From positions 1 to 57,681 of IMG/VR virus record IMGVR_UViG_3300047094_000686: a stretch of DNA of 57,681 nt; one strand, written 5' to 3'. The notes below the pieces were generated by a model. The model was not told the origin of the DNA and made no database searches. It was given only the letters and a program-made list of their open reading frames with translations. Both the position numbers and the translations under genes were made by a program. This stretch comes from a virus (taxonomy: Duplodnaviria; Caudoviricetes). The stretch's first letter is position 1. The number at the start of each line of letters is the position of its first letter. Positions 54,678 through 57,681 of this stretch are shown here, in pieces.

Positions 54678-57283
54678 TGTCAGCAAAAGCTTATGTCAAA
54701 GTTACTAGTAGTTTATGGAAATCAGTAAACAAGGTATATGTTAAGGTAACTCCTACGTTATGGAAATCAGTAAATAAAATTTATGTTAAGGTTACAAGTA
54801 CTTTATGGAAAAGTTCATTTGGCGGTAGCGACGAACCAGTACAAATAACTAAACCTACGTTAACTGGAACTGGTAGAGTCGGAACAACAGTAACTAGATC
54901 CTCTGGAACATATAGCAATTATAATTCATTAATTACTAGAATTTTCTATACAACGGAAGTTGCCGAACAAGTTTCTGCATCAACAGTAGATCCTAGCGGA
55001 GGAGGTCTAACTGCTACAAATCCATATACGATACTGCAGTCAGATGCAACAGAGCCCCCATATTATTTTTATGCAATAGATGAAGTTCTTGGGGTAGACA
55101 ATGAAACATATTATTATTACAGCACACCTCCAATTGAGGCTAACATTAGCCAGATCGAAGATAATTTTAATAGAACTGTAGCAGGTGGACTAGGAACAGC
55201 AAGTGGCGGATATATTTATAGTGGACCATCTAGAAGTACAAGCTCATGGAGCGTTGATGGAAGCAGAGCAAGTAATAGCTCTAATGGATCAGGCTATCCA
55301 TTACAAACAGTAACAATAAATAGTAATAACCAAAATGTATCCGTAGATACATTTGGAGGTGGACTTGGCGTAGCAGTATGGGCCTCTTCTGCAAATTCTT
55401 GGTGGGCTGCAATCCCAACATATTCATACGAGTTAGGGCAGGGAACCGATTATACATGTACAAGTAATCAAACTGGTACTGAAGAAGAGTGCGATGCAGT
55501 AACTTATGTTTCTGGTGGAAGCAACCCTCAAAGTACTGGGTATATGATTTCCGATGTCGGTAAAAGATGTACTGCATGTACTACAACATCTAGCTCATAT
55601 AATTATGAGTGTACTAATAATGTTAGAGTAACAAATGCTGGAGACCCATGTCCAGAATACGAAAACTGGAGCTCTGCAATGCCTGGAGGAGAAAATACAG
55701 TTTGTTCTGGATCCTGTACTGAATCTTATGAATATGTATGTGCATCAGAGTGGTCCATGAATCAACCAGATTGTACAGGGCAATTACTAAGGCCAGATCC
55801 AACAGGCCCAAACCAGTTGTGTGCGTGTCAAAGTTATGAAGAAACTGTAGCAATATGTCCCTCTGCATATAATAATGATGGTCCTTGTGATGATGCAAAT
55901 ATAGGTGGAACTGCAATTGGAGACCAATGCAGTACATGCAATCCTTCAACCACTTATGCTTATTCTTATAGAAGTAATACATTAACTACTACATATGCAT
56001 GTAACAATGATACCTCATGTAGCGGAGCAGGGTGTTGTGATAATATTACTTACCGACCAGATCCAAATGGTTCTGGACAAAGATGTAGTGCGTGTGATAA
56101 TCGCACAAGTACATCTTATACATATTCATATTCTTTAAGAGCTAGTACTGGTACAACAACATATCCTTGCGATACACCAGTTAGTGGTTCTGCTAGTTGT
56201 CCGACTTACCGACCAGATCCAACTGGTTCTGGACAAAGATGTAGTGATTCCTGTACTCCAAGCACAAATACAACATATCCTTGCACTGGCTCAGTTAGCA
56301 ATGCAACTAGTTGCCCAGATACTGGATCACTTGCTGGGGATAGGTGCGGAACATGTACAGAAAGCGGAGGAACAACATACGGTTCATGTAGATCAACATC
56401 CCTTACTCCAGTTTGTCCTTCTTGCCCTGGCGGAACTACAAGTTTTGCTAGATATAATTGTACAACTGGAAACTGGCAATGTAGATGTGTTCAGCCTATT
56501 AGATATTCTTATTCAGTAAGACAATCAGTCAGTACTACAACTTATTCATATACAGTATCTAGCTCTACAACTACATATTTATGTGATGTTCCAGTTACAG
56601 GAAGTGGACAATGTCCAACAAGTCTTCCAGCTTCTGGCAGTGGACCAGGGCAAAGATGTACCGACTGTATATCATACTCATCAACCTCTTATGTATCTTA
56701 TTACACATTATCTACTGCACAAAGCTCTTATCTTTGTGAAAATTATACTACAGGGCAATCAAGTTGCCCAGGTGCTGGCAGCGGTCCAGGAGAAAGATGT
56801 ACCGATTGTACTGTTACAACAAGCAACTATTATAAAACAAGGATTGCAGAAATTCAAACAAGATATAAAACTAAAACAAGTACAACATTAACATATAATA
56901 ATTATAAAACTAGAAAATATTTGGGGGCAGTAGTTAATAAATCTTGGAAAGAAGTAGAGGAAACTACTGGAGATAAATATACTTATAATGCTAATATAAA
57001 TATATACTCATATTCATCTGGTACATTAACATTAAAATCTTCTGCTATTGTAAGCACATATGCTGCTCAAGCTGGAACTGAATTTAATAGTACTTTATAT
57101 CCAGATATTACTACAGTTACAGCAGTAACAACTGGTAACTCAATAAATGCAACTGGCTGGGTCGGATCAGAGTTTAATGTGGCATCAAGCACAAATACTG
57201 AGACAAAAGGAACGGCAGTAGGTGTAGTGGGCATCCCAGTTACAGAAAATATAGGCACTAAATTAGACAATTTCTCAGCCTAA
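54677..57283 (+). CDS. Putative receptor-binding/tail tip protein with a large Cys-rich insertion
   Basis: Three N-terminal 15-aa repeats (YVKVT..LWKS); about 44 Cys by manual count, all within 55457-56809. Confidence 0.7.
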   Translation: MSAKAYVKVTSSLWKSVNKVYVKVTPTLWKSVNKIYVKVTSTLWKSSFGGSDEPVQITKPTLTGTGRVGTTVTRSSGTYSNYNSLITRIFYTTEVAEQVSASTVDPSGGGLTATNPYTILQSDATEPPYYFYAIDEVLGVDNETYYYYSTPPIEANISQIEDNFNRTVAGGLGTASGGYIYSGPSRSTSSWSVDGSRASNSSNGSGYPLQTVTINSNNQNVSVDTFGGGLGVAVWASSANSWWAAIPTYSYELGQGTDYTCTSNQTGTEEECDAVTYVSGGSNPQSTGYMISDVGKRCTACTTTSSSYNYECTNNVRVTNAGDPCPEYENWSSAMPGGENTVCSGSCTESYEYVCASEWSMNQPDCTGQLLRPDPTGPNQLCACQSYEETVAICPSAYNNDGPCDDANIGGTAIGDQCSTCNPSTTYAYSYRSNTLTTTYACNNDTSCSGAGCCDNITYRPDPNGSGQRCSACDNRTSTSYTYSYSLRASTGTTTYPCDTPVSGSASCPTYRPDPTGSGQRCSDSCTPSTNTTYPCTGSVSNATSCPDTGSLAGDRCGTCTESGGTTYGSCRSTSLTPVCPSCPGGTTSFARYNCTTGNWQCRCVQPIRYSYSVRQSVSTTTYSYTVSSSTTTYLCDVPVTGSGQCPTSLPASGSGPGQRCTDCISYSSTSYVSYYTLSTAQSSYLCENYTTGQSSCPGAGSGPGERCTDCTVTTSNYYKTRIAEIQTRYKTKTSTTLTYNNYKTRKYLGAVVNKSWKEVEETTGDKYTYNANINIYSYSSGTLTLKSSAIVSTYAAQAGTEFNSTLYPDITTVTAVTTGNSINATGWVGSEFNVASSTNTETKGTAVGVVGIPVTENIGTKLDNFSA

Positions 57284-57336
57284 CCGCTGTAGACAAATAT
57301 ACATATATTATGTATAATATATAAAAAAGGAGAATA

Positions 57337-57609
57337 ATGGCAGAAACAAACCAACCAAATTTACCGCCAGTAAAAATTGCATTTATTATTGATGGTGAAG
57401 TTGTAGATATTTTGCATACAGACGAAAGATTGGGTGCAATATTTACAAGTAATCCAATTATGAAAAATGTTACTGGCAATCTATACACTGATGAAGGTGG
57501 GGTAGTATCAGTAGGCGCTTTATATAATTCAGAAACAGATCAGTTTTCACCAGCACCAGAACCAGAGCCAGAACCAGAGCCAATACCAATTATAGAACCA
57601 ACGGAGTAA
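57337..57609 (+). CDS. Hypothetical protein with a C-terminal (PE)n repeat
   Basis: AGGAG RBS; KIAFIIDGEVV...AIFTSNP; PEPEPEPEP tail. Confidence 0.75.
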   Translation: MAETNQPNLPPVKIAFIIDGEVVDILHTDERLGAIFTSNPIMKNVTGNLYTDEGGVVSVGALYNSETDQFSPAPEPEPEPEPIPIIEPTE

Positions 57610-57612
57610 ATA

Positions 57613-57681
57613 ATGTCAGAAAAAACACCTTTTCAAATATGGAAAGAAAAAAATGCTGGGGATAAAGTTCGTCCTTGGGAT
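57613..57681 (+). CDS. Partial CDS running off the window (MSEKTPFQIWKEKNAGDKVRPWD...)
   Basis: ATG after GGAG, frame open to the end of the window. Confidence 0.6.
   Translation, partial: MSEKTPFQIWKEKNAGDKVRPWD

Noticed and set aside
1-57681. Alternative genetic code (stop-codon reassignment)
   Set aside because: Long genes (RNR, portal, TMP) are intact in the standard code, and TAA, TAG and TGA all end genes at sensible, tightly packed boundaries.

Overview
This window is an AT-rich segment of a large tailed dsDNA phage with a siphovirus-type morphogenesis module. The host is probably an actinobacterium, inferred from the leaderless promoters, tRNAs without encoded CCA, and PASTA and SLT domains. 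1-10.9 kb is an accessory island: three 2OG-Fe(II) oxygenases, tRNA-Asn, tRNA-Glu, two glycosyltransferases, an HNH nuclease, a glutathione-peroxidase-like protein, a SAM methyltransferase, a lytic transglycosylase and class II ribonucleotide reductase. It also holds two candidate non-coding RNAs. 10.9-30.2 kb is a block of fibre and virion genes. Within it, a two-gene module occurs twice: a fibre ending in a conserved '...GDL' domain, followed by a protein with (Pro-Pro-Phe-Phe)-type repeats fused to a C-terminal Hint domain. The two copies bracket an operon of six prolyl-hydroxylase-like oxygenases, two DUF6065-like proteins and a 39-aa CDGSH [2Fe-2S] microprotein missing from the ORF track. 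This locus is the best candidate for an undescribed system, namely autoprocessing and oxidative tailoring of Pro-rich virion appendages or peptides. 30.2-57.7 kb holds the portal, prohead protease, major capsid, head-tail genes, major tail protein, a tail chaperone with a -1 frameshift, a 2380-aa tape measure protein with an OmpA-like cargo domain, baseplate and fibre genes, and a protein with a Cys-rich insertion. No terminase is recognisable. All family assignments come from motifs recognised by eye, and no database searches were run.
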